A DNA stretch of 44,362 nt from Armatimonadota bacterium (lineage in GTDB: Bacteria > Armatimonadota > UBA10988). Position numbers and translations under genes: made by a program. The stretch is taken from contig JACRKZ010000006.1 in assembly GCA_016235455.1 (NCBI GenBank), forward strand, positions 1 through 44,362. Direction: 5' to 3'. Below, one piece after another: positions 9,094 to 17,325 of this stretch. Position 1 is the first letter of the stretch. Every line of letters starts with the position of its first letter. The notes beneath the pieces are model-generated. The model did no database searches. It had not been told where the DNA came from and saw only the letters and a program-made list of their open reading frames with translations.

Positions 9094-9654
9094 ATGGAAC
9101 TCAAGCAAGCCCTGTACGGCCGCCGTTCGGTGCGCGCCTACTCCCCCGAGCCGGTGGACCGCGCGGTCATCGCCGAGCTGATCGATGCGGCCATCCAAGC
9201 GCCCAGCGGCATGAACCGGCAACCGTGGGCCTTCGGGGTGGTGTGTGATCGCCAGGCGCTGGCCGACCTGGACGCCAAGGCCAAGGCGCATCTGCTGTCC
9301 ATCTTGACCGACGACTCGCCCATGGCCGGATACCGCTCAAGGCTGGAGCAGGACGACTTCCACCTGTTCTACGGCGCGCCGGCGCTGGTCGTCATCTACA
9401 CCAAACCCAACGGCGTCACCGCCAACGTGGATACCTGCCTCGCCGCGCAGAACCTGATGCTCGCGGCCTATGAGCGCGGGCTCGGCTCATGCTGGATCGG
9501 CTTCTCCATGTTCTACCTGGGCACCCCCGCGGCGGCCGCGGAACTGGGCATTCCCGAGGGCTACGCGCCGGCTGCGTCCATCATCCTGGGCCGGCCCGCG
9601 ACCGACGTGCCGCCCGTGCCGCGGGAGACGCCGGAAATCCTGTTCGACCGCTGA
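9094..9654 (+). CDS. Nitroreductase family protein
   Basis: RRSVRAY, APSGMNRQPW, AAQNLMLAAYERGLGSCWIG. Confidence 0.93.
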   Translation: MELKQALYGRRSVRAYSPEPVDRAVIAELIDAAIQAPSGMNRQPWAFGVVCDRQALADLDAKAKAHLLSILTDDSPMAGYRSRLEQDDFHLFYGAPALVVIYTKPNGVTANVDTCLAAQNLMLAAYERGLGSCWIGFSMFYLGTPAAAAELGIPEGYAPAASIILGRPATDVPPVPRETPEILFDR

Positions 9655-9673
9655 GGCGCAACGGGAGAAATGC

Positions 9674-9871
9674 GTGCACCCCGACAACAACCGCGTCTGG
9701 CGACCCATCGTCTACCTGCTCGCGCTGGGGCCAGCGGTGCTCTACGCGCTGTTTGGGCCCAACGAGGCCGATCACGACGAGGTGCTGTTCAGCCTGCTGG
9801 TCGGTGGGACGCTGCTGGCGCCGGTGGGCGTCGGGGTGCTGCGGAATCTGTTGCGCCGGCGGCTGGCCTGA
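9674..9871 (+). CDS. Small two-TM membrane protein (65 aa)
   Basis: GTG start after GGAGA; two hydrophobic stretches (IVYLLALGPAVLYALF; LFSLLVGGTLLAPVGVGVL) and a basic tail. Fills the gap between neighbouring genes. Confidence 0.6.
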   Translation: MHPDNNRVWRPIVYLLALGPAVLYALFGPNEADHDEVLFSLLVGGTLLAPVGVGVLRNLLRRRLA

Positions 9872-9877
9872 CGGCGG

Positions 9878-11035
9878 TCAGGCCGCCGACTCCACCGCTT
9901 GGGCACAGGCACGGGGCAGGATGAGCGCCACCGTGGTGCCCTGGCCAACCACGGACTCCATCTCCATGCGCCCGCCGTGGGCCACCGCCAGTTCGTAGCA
10001 ACTGGCCAAGCCCAGGCCGGTGCCTTCGCCTACCGGCTTGGTGGTGAAGGTCGGCTCAAACACACGCTGCAGATGCTCGGGCGCGATGCCGGAGCCGTTG
10101 TCCGTGACCTCCAGGCGCACTTCGTCGCCCGCCAAGCGAGTGGCCAGGGTCAGTTGAGCGTCCGGGTGCTCGCGCAGCGCATACATGGCGTTGTCCACCA
10201 GGTTGGTCAGGATCTGCTGCACATCGGAGCGCACCGCCATCACCGTCGGCAGGTGGTCGGCCAGGTCGACGGCTACCACGGTCTTGTAGCGGAACTGCGT
10301 GTTGACCTGCCAGAACGACACCATGTCGGTGACCAGGGAGTTGAGTTCCAGCGGCGTCGATTCGTCCAGCAGAGCCTTGCGGCTGCGCACGCCCGTGAGC
10401 AGCTTGGAGATGATGTTCTTCATCTCGATGGCGACGTCACGGCAGCGCTCGAGCAGTTCCTCGCGCTTCTCGGGCCGCACCGACAGCGCCAACTCGACGT
10501 AGCCCAGCAGGGCAGTCAGCGGGCTGTTGAGATTGTGCGCCAACTGCGCGCTGTTGCGGCCGAGCAGGGCAAACTGCTGCTGGTCGAGCAGCTGCTTGGT
10601 GCGCGTCTGCACTTCGGCTTCCAGGTCGGCGTTGATGCGGCGCAACTCGTCCTGCAGCCACTTGAGCCGCAGCGCGGCCTTGACCCGGGCCACCAGTTCC
10701 TCGTTGCGGAACGGCTTGACCATGTAGTCGTCGGCCTCGTAGTCGAAGCCCTTGACCACCTCGCCCGTCTGGCCGCGTGCCGTGACCAGGATGACCATGG
10801 TCGGCCGGGTACGTTCGTCCGAGCGAATGCGCCGGAGCACTTCGTAGCCGTCGATGCCGGGCAAGCCGATATCCAGCAGCACCAGGTCCACGGTCTGCTC
10901 GGCCAGATAGGCCAACGCCGTCTCGCCGTCGGGCGCTTCAACCAACTGGTGGCCGCTCAAGCACCGGGCAATGACGCGCCTGCTCGCCGGGCTGTCCTCG
11001 ACGACCAGGATCCTCGCTGGACGATGTTGCTCCAC
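9878..11035 (-). CDS. Cytoplasmic REC-HisKA-HATPase hybrid kinase
   Basis: ILVVEDS, LLDIGLP, DYMVKPF; H-box AHNLNSPL; NLVDNA; DNGSGI; TFTTKPVGEGTGLGL. GTG start after GGAGG. Confidence 0.9.
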   Translation of the reverse strand: MEQHRPARILVVEDSPASRRVIARCLSGHQLVEAPDGETALAYLAEQTVDLVLLDIGLPGIDGYEVLRRIRSDERTRPTMVILVTARGQTGEVVKGFDYEADDYMVKPFRNEELVARVKAALRLKWLQDELRRINADLEAEVQTRTKQLLDQQQFALLGRNSAQLAHNLNSPLTALLGYVELALSVRPEKREELLERCRDVAIEMKNIISKLLTGVRSRKALLDESTPLELNSLVTDMVSFWQVNTQFRYKTVVAVDLADHLPTVMAVRSDVQQILTNLVDNAMYALREHPDAQLTLATRLAGDEVRLEVTDNGSGIAPEHLQRVFEPTFTTKPVGEGTGLGLASCYELAVAHGGRMEMESVVGQGTTVALILPRACAQAVESAA

Positions 11036-11201
11036 CACGCCTCCCTGCGCACGTGACCACACTCACTGCTAGGAGTATTACACCTTCCGCCCGTAGATTC
11101 CACATCGAAGCCGCCGACGCCTGTTACTTTGTTGTTGCAATCGCTCTCGGAGGCCAGCCTTGCCCCGATGGCGAATGGCGTCAACAAGACGGGAGATACT
11201 G

Positions 11202-14200
11202 ATGCGACGTGTGGCGACCGCCCTGAGCCTGATGCTGCTGGCCAGCGCCGCGAGGGCCTTCAGCCCGGCGGTGACGACCGGGGCCGGGCTCCGTCTGGAG
11301 ATACCTGAACTGCCGCTCTGGACGGCGTTGGGCGAGCCGCGCGACGTGGTCGTACGCCTCACCAGCCTGGTCGACGAGCCCACCGCGGGGCAGGTGCGCC
11401 TGAGCCTGACCGACACCTTCCGCGTGGTCGGCGACGCCGCCAAGCCCTTCGCCCTCGCGGCCAAGGAATCATCTTCATTGACCTTTCAGGTGACCGCGGG
11501 CGAGGGCACTTATCGTGCCCATTACCCGGTGCACGCCACCGCCACCTTCCAGCGCGGCGGCCAACCCGAGTCGCTGCATGCCGTGCTGGTCGTGGTGGCC
11601 GAGCCGCCAGCCAAGCCCGTCGCCGCGCCCGCGGCGTCGGTCATCAAGGCGGATCTCGGCCCCCTGGCCCTGGCTGGGCTGACGCCGACTCGTCTATGGG
11701 TCACGCGTGATGGCCAGCCTGGCGCACGCGAGGTGGCAGGCTCGCCCAGCGGCGACGCCGAGACCAAGGCCGAGTTCGCCGTGCGACGCTCGGTCGATCG
11801 CGGCGGGTCGCGAGCTGCCATCGCGGTCCATCCGCCGTGGTCGGGCGGCAAGATCGGTACCGTGGCCGGTGAGTGGTCCATCGCGCTGCCGACGGTGCGG
11901 CCCATCACCTTCACCGCGGGTGTGGCCATTCGCGATACGGCGCCCACCGAGCCGGCCAGCGACGGCATCACGGTGCGGGTCAAGGTAGCCGACGCCACGC
12001 TGTTCGAGCGGCACGTGGCCAGCAAGACCTGGACCGACATCAGCGTCGACCTGTCGGCCTTCGCGAGCAAGACCATTCCGCTGCGCCTCGAGGTCGATCC
12101 CGGCCCCAAGCGCGACACCACTTGCGATGGCGGCTACCTCGGGGCGCCGACCGTCTTCTGCGGCCCCCTGCCGCCCACGGAGTCCGCCGCCGCCAAGGCC
12201 GCGCGCGCCGGTAAGGCGCTTGACGCCGCGCGCGTGGCGCGCATTGGCCGGCGGCAGGCGGGCGCCTGGCAGCTGAAGTCCGAGGCCGGCACCACCGGCG
12301 TGGCCATCGTCTGGGGGCCGGTGGGGCTGCCCGACGCCCAGATCGCCCTGGCCACGGCGCGTGGTGAGCTGGTCATCGATGGTCTCGAGATTGAGATCAG
12401 CGGCGCGCCCCTGGCGCAGCGTCTGGTCGGCGGCGGCAGTGGCATCGCGCCGGCCGGAGACGGCTTCACCTGGACCCGCACCATCCGCTATGCCGGTCGC
12501 GATGCGGTGGTGGTGGCCACCATCCGGCCGCGCGGCGGCGTGGCGCTCGACCTGGGCCTGACGCTCAACGGCGGCCGCGACGAACGCGGCCACCCGGGCT
12601 TCACGCGCATCGCCCTGGGGCCGGGCTCCGAGGCAGCGCGGCGGGTACTGTTCGGCCACGGCAACGTGGTGCAAGACAGCCCGGGCTTCCGGCAGGGCTA
12701 CGGTGGCTTTGGCCTGTCGACGCGCTATGTCGGCACCGAGTATCCCAGCGGCCTGAGCCTGGTGCAGGCGGTGGACGTGATACCCGACGCGCTGGAGCAC
12801 TCGGCGGCGCGCCGCCAGACCACGCTGGTCTCACGCCATGACACGGTCTTCACGCTGATCCCCTCGGAGAGAGGCGCCTTCGCCGGGGCGCGGGTGTGGC
12901 GCGGCATCAACGGCCTCAAGGCGGCCGCTGGGGTGGCCCAGATCGCGGGGCGCATGTGCCTCGACCAGTGGGGCGGCGACTACGCCAAGACGGCGGCCGA
13001 CCTGGAGCTGGCCACGCGCTACGGCCTCGACGACGCGGTCTTCGTCAAGCACGTCTGGCAGCGCTGGGGCTACGACTATCGGCTGCCCGACATCTACCCG
13101 CCGGCGGGCAACCGCGACGACTTCGACAAGATGGTGACCGCGGCCAAGGCCAACGGGCGGCTGCTCTGTCTGCACGACAACTACATCGACTTCTATCCCG
13201 ATGCCGACGGCTTCACCTACGACCATGTGGCCTTCGGCGAGGACGGCCAGCCACACCGCGCGTGGCTCAACGAGGGCCGCGAGGCACAGAGCTACCGCTG
13301 GCTGCCGACCGCCTACCAGCCGTTCCTGGAGCGCAATCTGGCGCTGGTCGCCAAGGAGAATGGCCCGACGTCCTACTTCATCGACGTGTTCTCGGCCATC
13401 GCGCCGTACGATGGCTACGACCGGTCGGGCCGCTACTTCACCCGCCAGACCACGGCGCGCGCCTGGGGCGAGACCTTCGACCGCGTGCGGCAGGTGCTCG
13501 GTGGGCCGACCATCTCCGAAGCCGGTACCGACGCGCTCATCGGCCACCTCGACGCGGCGCAGGCCGACCACATCGGCATTCGCACAGCGCGCGCCGACTT
13601 CTCCATGAGCCTGCCCTGCGCCGATGCCGAGCGCGTGCCGTGGTTCGACATGGCGCACCATCGTCGGTTCGTGCAGCTCGCGGGCGGCCTGGGACCGCGC
13701 TATGCCGGCGGCCAGCCGGACAAACTGCACGGCTATGGTAGCGACGACTACCTGACCCTGACCGCCCTGTGCGGCCGCACGCCCATGAGTGACGGGCCGT
13801 TTGGCCGGCGCGCGGTGATGACCTACTACCTGCTCAGCGACCTGTGTCGGGCGCTGGAGCACCAGGAGATGCTGACGCACGAGTTCGTGGACGACCGCGT
13901 CGACCGCCAGCGGGTGACCTTCGACGAAGGCACGGTCACCGTGAACCGCGGCGACGCCGACTGGACCGTCGACGGCAAGGTGCTGCCCAACTATGGCATG
14001 GTGGCCAAGGTCGGCCAGCAGCAAGTGGATATCAGCCGGCGCGGCGGCGTCATCACGGCCATGGCCAGCAGCCTGGGCCGGCTGTTCGTCGATGCGCGCC
14101 CGCCCGACAGCAACCGCCACGCGGTGGCGCCGTCGGTGACGCGCGTCGAGGATCTGGGCGGCCGGCGCTATCGGCTGACCATGATCTGGGACGTGCAGGA

Positions 14201-14852
14201 GCCGCAACTCGCGAGCGTGCGCCCGTTCATCCACATGTGCGGCGAGCTGGCGCAGTTGCCGGGCGCCACCAAGAACGGCGACATCCTCTGGCAGACCGGC
14301 GCCGGGCAGGTGACGCCGCAGATGCTGGGCGCCAAGGGCCGCTACGAGGTGAAGCTCGAGGGCGAGCTGCCGGCGGCGCTGCGACCGGGCCCAGTGGCCA
14401 TCCGCTACGGGCTGTACGACCCGACCGATGGCGGCCGGCTGGAGTTGGACGCGCCATCGTCGGGCGACGGTCGGTTCGATGGCGGCACGCTCAACATCAC
14501 GGGGGAAGGGCCGGTGGCCAAGGTCGGCTGGACGGCGCCGGCGGCCCGCGAACCTGAACGCGCCAACACCGCGCGCCGCATCATCGACTTCGGCCCCGTA
14601 GCCACCAACCTGGCCTTCCGGCTGACCAAGGCCACCGACCAGATGGAGCTGACGCTGTTGCCTTACACGCAGGCCGGCACCGTCGTGCTGCACCTGGACA
14701 AGCTGGGCGCCGTGGGCAAGGTCGTGAGCGTCGAGCAGCTTGACTTGGACGGCCAGCCAGTGACCACGGTCGCGCCGCGCACGGCGGGCCGCGACGTGAC
14801 CTTCGAGACGGCGGCGCGGGCCTTCCGCTACCGCGTCAAGCTGGCGCCGTAG
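11202..14852 (+). CDS. Large secreted multi-domain putative glycoside hydrolase (GH101/GH129/DUF5696-like barrel with beta-sandwich modules)
   Basis: Signal peptide MRRVATALSLMLLASAARA; NPCBM-like module (AVHPPW...SDGITVRV...VDLSAFAS...LEVDPGP); barrel motifs WQRWGYDYRLPD, LHDNYIDFYPDA, YFIDVF, TISEAG. Family assignment is by eye only. Confidence 0.7.
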   Translation: MRRVATALSLMLLASAARAFSPAVTTGAGLRLEIPELPLWTALGEPRDVVVRLTSLVDEPTAGQVRLSLTDTFRVVGDAAKPFALAAKESSSLTFQVTAGEGTYRAHYPVHATATFQRGGQPESLHAVLVVVAEPPAKPVAAPAASVIKADLGPLALAGLTPTRLWVTRDGQPGAREVAGSPSGDAETKAEFAVRRSVDRGGSRAAIAVHPPWSGGKIGTVAGEWSIALPTVRPITFTAGVAIRDTAPTEPASDGITVRVKVADATLFERHVASKTWTDISVDLSAFASKTIPLRLEVDPGPKRDTTCDGGYLGAPTVFCGPLPPTESAAAKAARAGKALDAARVARIGRRQAGAWQLKSEAGTTGVAIVWGPVGLPDAQIALATARGELVIDGLEIEISGAPLAQRLVGGGSGIAPAGDGFTWTRTIRYAGRDAVVVATIRPRGGVALDLGLTLNGGRDERGHPGFTRIALGPGSEAARRVLFGHGNVVQDSPGFRQGYGGFGLSTRYVGTEYPSGLSLVQAVDVIPDALEHSAARRQTTLVSRHDTVFTLIPSERGAFAGARVWRGINGLKAAAGVAQIAGRMCLDQWGGDYAKTAADLELATRYGLDDAVFVKHVWQRWGYDYRLPDIYPPAGNRDDFDKMVTAAKANGRLLCLHDNYIDFYPDADGFTYDHVAFGEDGQPHRAWLNEGREAQSYRWLPTAYQPFLERNLALVAKENGPTSYFIDVFSAIAPYDGYDRSGRYFTRQTTARAWGETFDRVRQVLGGPTISEAGTDALIGHLDAAQADHIGIRTARADFSMSLPCADAERVPWFDMAHHRRFVQLAGGLGPRYAGGQPDKLHGYGSDDYLTLTALCGRTPMSDGPFGRRAVMTYYLLSDLCRALEHQEMLTHEFVDDRVDRQRVTFDEGTVTVNRGDADWTVDGKVLPNYGMVAKVGQQQVDISRRGGVITAMASSLGRLFVDARPPDSNRHAVAPSVTRVEDLGGRRYRLTMIWDVQEPQLASVRPFIHMCGELAQLPGATKNGDILWQTGAGQVTPQMLGAKGRYEVKLEGELPAALRPGPVAIRYGLYDPTDGGRLELDAPSSGDGRFDGGTLNITGEGPVAKVGWTAPAAREPERANTARRIIDFGPVATNLAFRLTKATDQMELTLLPYTQAGTVVLHLDKLGAVGKVVSVEQLDLDGQPVTTVAPRTAGRDVTFETAARAFRYRVKLAP

Positions 14853-14868
14853 TTGGGGCCGATCACCA

Positions 14869-15014
14869 GGCAAACGGGGACTGGGTCGATTACGGACCGT
14901 CGGCGGCCACGCCGGCGGTCGTAGATCGAGCCTGTCCCCGTTTTGCCGTCGTAGCATGGCCCGGTCATTGTGTCGGCGGCCACGCCGACGGTCGTCGATC
15001 GGCCCTGCCGCCGT
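14869..15014. repeat. REP-like imperfect palindrome (GGCAAACGGGGAC...GTCCCCGTTTTGCC) plus a degenerate partial copy
   Basis: Hairpin 14869-14947 centred on CGGCG-GCCA-CGCCG. A second degenerate copy of the core and right arm lies at about 14972-15014. Located between convergent genes. Confidence 0.75.
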
Positions 15015-15037
15015 GGCACGGACGACTGCCCGCTCGC

Positions 15038-15490
15038 CTACTTGGGCGGGAACACCACGCCGACGGTCAGCAGCAAGTTGGCGTAGATGCGCTGATCGGC
15101 GCTGGCAATGGTCAGGCAGACGTCCTCGGCGCTGGCGGTCTCGTAGAACTTGAAGCGCTCGATGCGGGTCAGCGGCTTGGCGAACCCTGAGCCGGCCAGG
15201 AGCTGGTTGAACTCAGCCCAGATGGGCGGATCGGCGGGCAGCGCGGTCGGGCCGGTGCGCGCGTAGTCCATCACGGCGGCATCCTCGATGGGTATGGCGG
15301 TGAGCAGCGCGTGCAGGATGTCGGTGCACTTGACAACGCCCGGCGACAGGTTCAGGTACACGTTCTTGGCCTTGGGGCCGGTGTGGATGCTGAACGGGTA
15401 GTTCCCATCGGCGATGAGCACCTTGGCGCCATGCCCGGCGCGGCCGAGCGCCTCCAGGATCTCAGGCTGAAGCAGTTCGCCCTTGAGCAT
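15038..15490 (-). CDS. RbsD/FucU family sugar mutarotase/pyranase
   Basis: MLKG...LGRAGHGAKVLIADGNYP...IERFKFYE...YANLLLTVGV; AAGGAG RBS before ATG at 15490. Confidence 0.88.
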   Translation of the reverse strand: MLKGELLQPEILEALGRAGHGAKVLIADGNYPFSIHTGPKAKNVYLNLSPGVVKCTDILHALLTAIPIEDAAVMDYARTGPTALPADPPIWAEFNQLLAGSGFAKPLTRIERFKFYETASAEDVCLTIASADQRIYANLLLTVGVVFPPK

Positions 15491-15560
15491 GATCAGGACT
15501 CCTTGGCGCGGGCATTCGACGGGCACCAGGCGAGTCCTGCCCGCGCCGCGAACTCGGCCC

Positions 15561-15600
15561 AAAGCAACCGGCCCGCTCGACGCGGAGTCGAGCGGGCCGG
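15561..15600 (-). terminator. Intrinsic terminator for the 15625-17184 gene
   Basis: Perfect 14-bp stem CCGGCCCGCTCGAC / GTCGAGCGGGCCGG with a 5-nt loop, followed on the minus strand by TTGCTTT. Confidence 0.75.
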
Positions 15601-15624
15601 CGGTAACAGTCTGAGGGGCGGCGC

Positions 15625-17184
15625 CTAGTTATTGGCCACCAACCACCCGCGGTCGCCCTGCGGCTCCTCGGCCACACGGCTGGCGGGCGCCAGCGGACCC
15701 ATCTGCCAGGTGGCCAGCTCACCCGAACCCACCTTGTTGAAGTTGGCGGTGAGCAGGTCATCGGGCCGGCCGTAGCCGAGCAGCATCGAGGCGCGGCCAA
15801 GATGGATGTTGCGCCAGATCTGCCAGCACTTGCGAGCCTCGCTGGAAGCGATGTCGAAGGACACGATGTGCGACTCGCTCGGGTACTTGCGCTGCACCTG
15901 CTGAGCCGCCGCGCCACCACCGCCGCTAGCACCGCCGCCACCGCCGCCGGCGGCCGCCGGATCGGGCTGCTCGTTAACGTAGTTTCCGACGACGGGGATC
16001 GGCACCAGCCCACTGATGAGCTTGAATTCCTTCTCGTCCTTCTCGGGCTCGGGCATCGTGCCGCTATCGAGCCAGACGTCCGGCAATTCCTTGGTGTAGT
16101 CACGGCTGGACCACAGGTCGTGGGTGCTCACGCCGCCCAGTTGGGTGTAGCGCGCCGCCTCTTCCTTGATGCGGTCGACACCGAACGAGCCGCGCATGAA
16201 GCACAGGCGCAACTGCGCCATGGACTCGCCGACGAGCATCTGCGGCAGGCGCGGATCGTAGTTGATGTGGCGCTTGTCCAGATAGTTCATGAACTCGGTC
16301 ATCTGGCCGATGAGCGAGCAGTAGCACTCGACGAACGAGCCGGCCAGCAGCGTGGCCAGTTCCATGTGTCCGCGCACGTCATAGCGGTCCAGGTCGTGCT
16401 GGAAGGGGCCCCACTCGTAGATACGGTAGTAGTGGCTCAAGTTGCCCACGACGTCGACCGCCTGGTGGTAGAAGCCTTCCACCGACTGGTGCTCGGGGAA
16501 GCCCATCGGCACGGCCTCGGTGTAGATACCGGGCTTGAGCAGCGCCAGCGTGGTCAAGCCGCCCATCACTTCGCGTCGCGAGAACTGGGCCAACATGGTC
16601 AGCAGGCCCTGGACCTCGGGCATGTGCACCCACTGGCCCTTCTCGGCCGTGGCGATGAGCGCCGCGTAGATGCGATTGGCGGCCGCCTGCGACAGGTCGG
16701 ACTGCGCCTGCAGGAAGTGCTGCACCTTGCGGTCGAGGATGTCCTTGCCCAGCGGGTACTGCGGGTCATCGGGCTTGAGCGCCATGTACGAGATCATGTG
16801 CAACATGCACAGCTCGTCTTGGGCCACCGTGCCGCCGGCCTCGTTGAAGGCCCAGGCCAGGCGCTTGTGCGCGCCCCAGTGCGCGGGATTCAGGCGCAGG
16901 GCGCCGCGGTAGTTCTCGATGGCCACGTTGCGGCGGTTGCGCCACATGTCGAGCTTCGAGGAATCGATGGTGTTGACCCAGGTGCGGAACTCGACGTCGC
17001 CCTTCTCTTCCGCCGCCAGACCGCGCTTGAAGTACTGCTCGGCCAGCGCGTAGTCGCGGGCCTGCTGCTGAGCCGCGGTCAGCTTGGTCGGCTTGCTCGT
17101 GCCGGTCTGCTTGGCGCCACAGGGCACCCAGGCCGCCACAAGCGCCACCATCATCATCATCAGCGCGCGCGGTTTCACCATCAT
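15625..17184 (-). CDS. Secreted hypothetical protein with N-terminal TPR-like repeats
   Basis: Signal-like MMVKPRALMMMMVALVAAWVPCGA; TPR-like AEQYFKRGLAAEEKGD and AIENYRGALRLNPAHWGAHKRLAWAF; strong GC3 bias; own terminator. Confidence 0.8.
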   Translation of the reverse strand: MMVKPRALMMMMVALVAAWVPCGAKQTGTSKPTKLTAAQQQARDYALAEQYFKRGLAAEEKGDVEFRTWVNTIDSSKLDMWRNRRNVAIENYRGALRLNPAHWGAHKRLAWAFNEAGGTVAQDELCMLHMISYMALKPDDPQYPLGKDILDRKVQHFLQAQSDLSQAAANRIYAALIATAEKGQWVHMPEVQGLLTMLAQFSRREVMGGLTTLALLKPGIYTEAVPMGFPEHQSVEGFYHQAVDVVGNLSHYYRIYEWGPFQHDLDRYDVRGHMELATLLAGSFVECYCSLIGQMTEFMNYLDKRHINYDPRLPQMLVGESMAQLRLCFMRGSFGVDRIKEEAARYTQLGGVSTHDLWSSRDYTKELPDVWLDSGTMPEPEKDEKEFKLISGLVPIPVVGNYVNEQPDPAAAGGGGGGASGGGGAAAQQVQRKYPSESHIVSFDIASSEARKCWQIWRNIHLGRASMLLGYGRPDDLLTANFNKVGSGELATWQMGPLAPASRVAEEPQGDRGWLVANN

Positions 17185-17289
17185 TGACTCCGCCGTCCCC
17201 CGGGAGTTAGATACCCACAACACCCGCCAGGATACACCTATTCCGCAGTTTATCGGCCAGCAGGGCCGCGAGTCAAGGGCCGGCTGGCC

Positions 17290-17318
17290 TTGACGGCACG
17301 GAATCCACCCGGCAGAAT
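17290..17318 (+). promoter_or_regulatory. Sigma70-type promoter TTGACG-N17-CAGAAT, possibly driving a leaderless mRNA
   Basis: TTGACG 17290-17295 and CAGAAT 17313-17318. An in-frame ATG at 17326 sits 7 nt past the -10 with no SD. Confidence 0.5.
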
Positions 17319-17325
17319 GGGCGAC

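Noticed and set aside
12831-14957. Long antisense ORFs (e.g. 708 aa here, also 778-2196, 5853-7541, 15802-17187, 32489-33814)
   Set aside because: Typical stop-poor shadow frames of GC-rich genes, with no motifs and complete overlap with better-supported CDSs.
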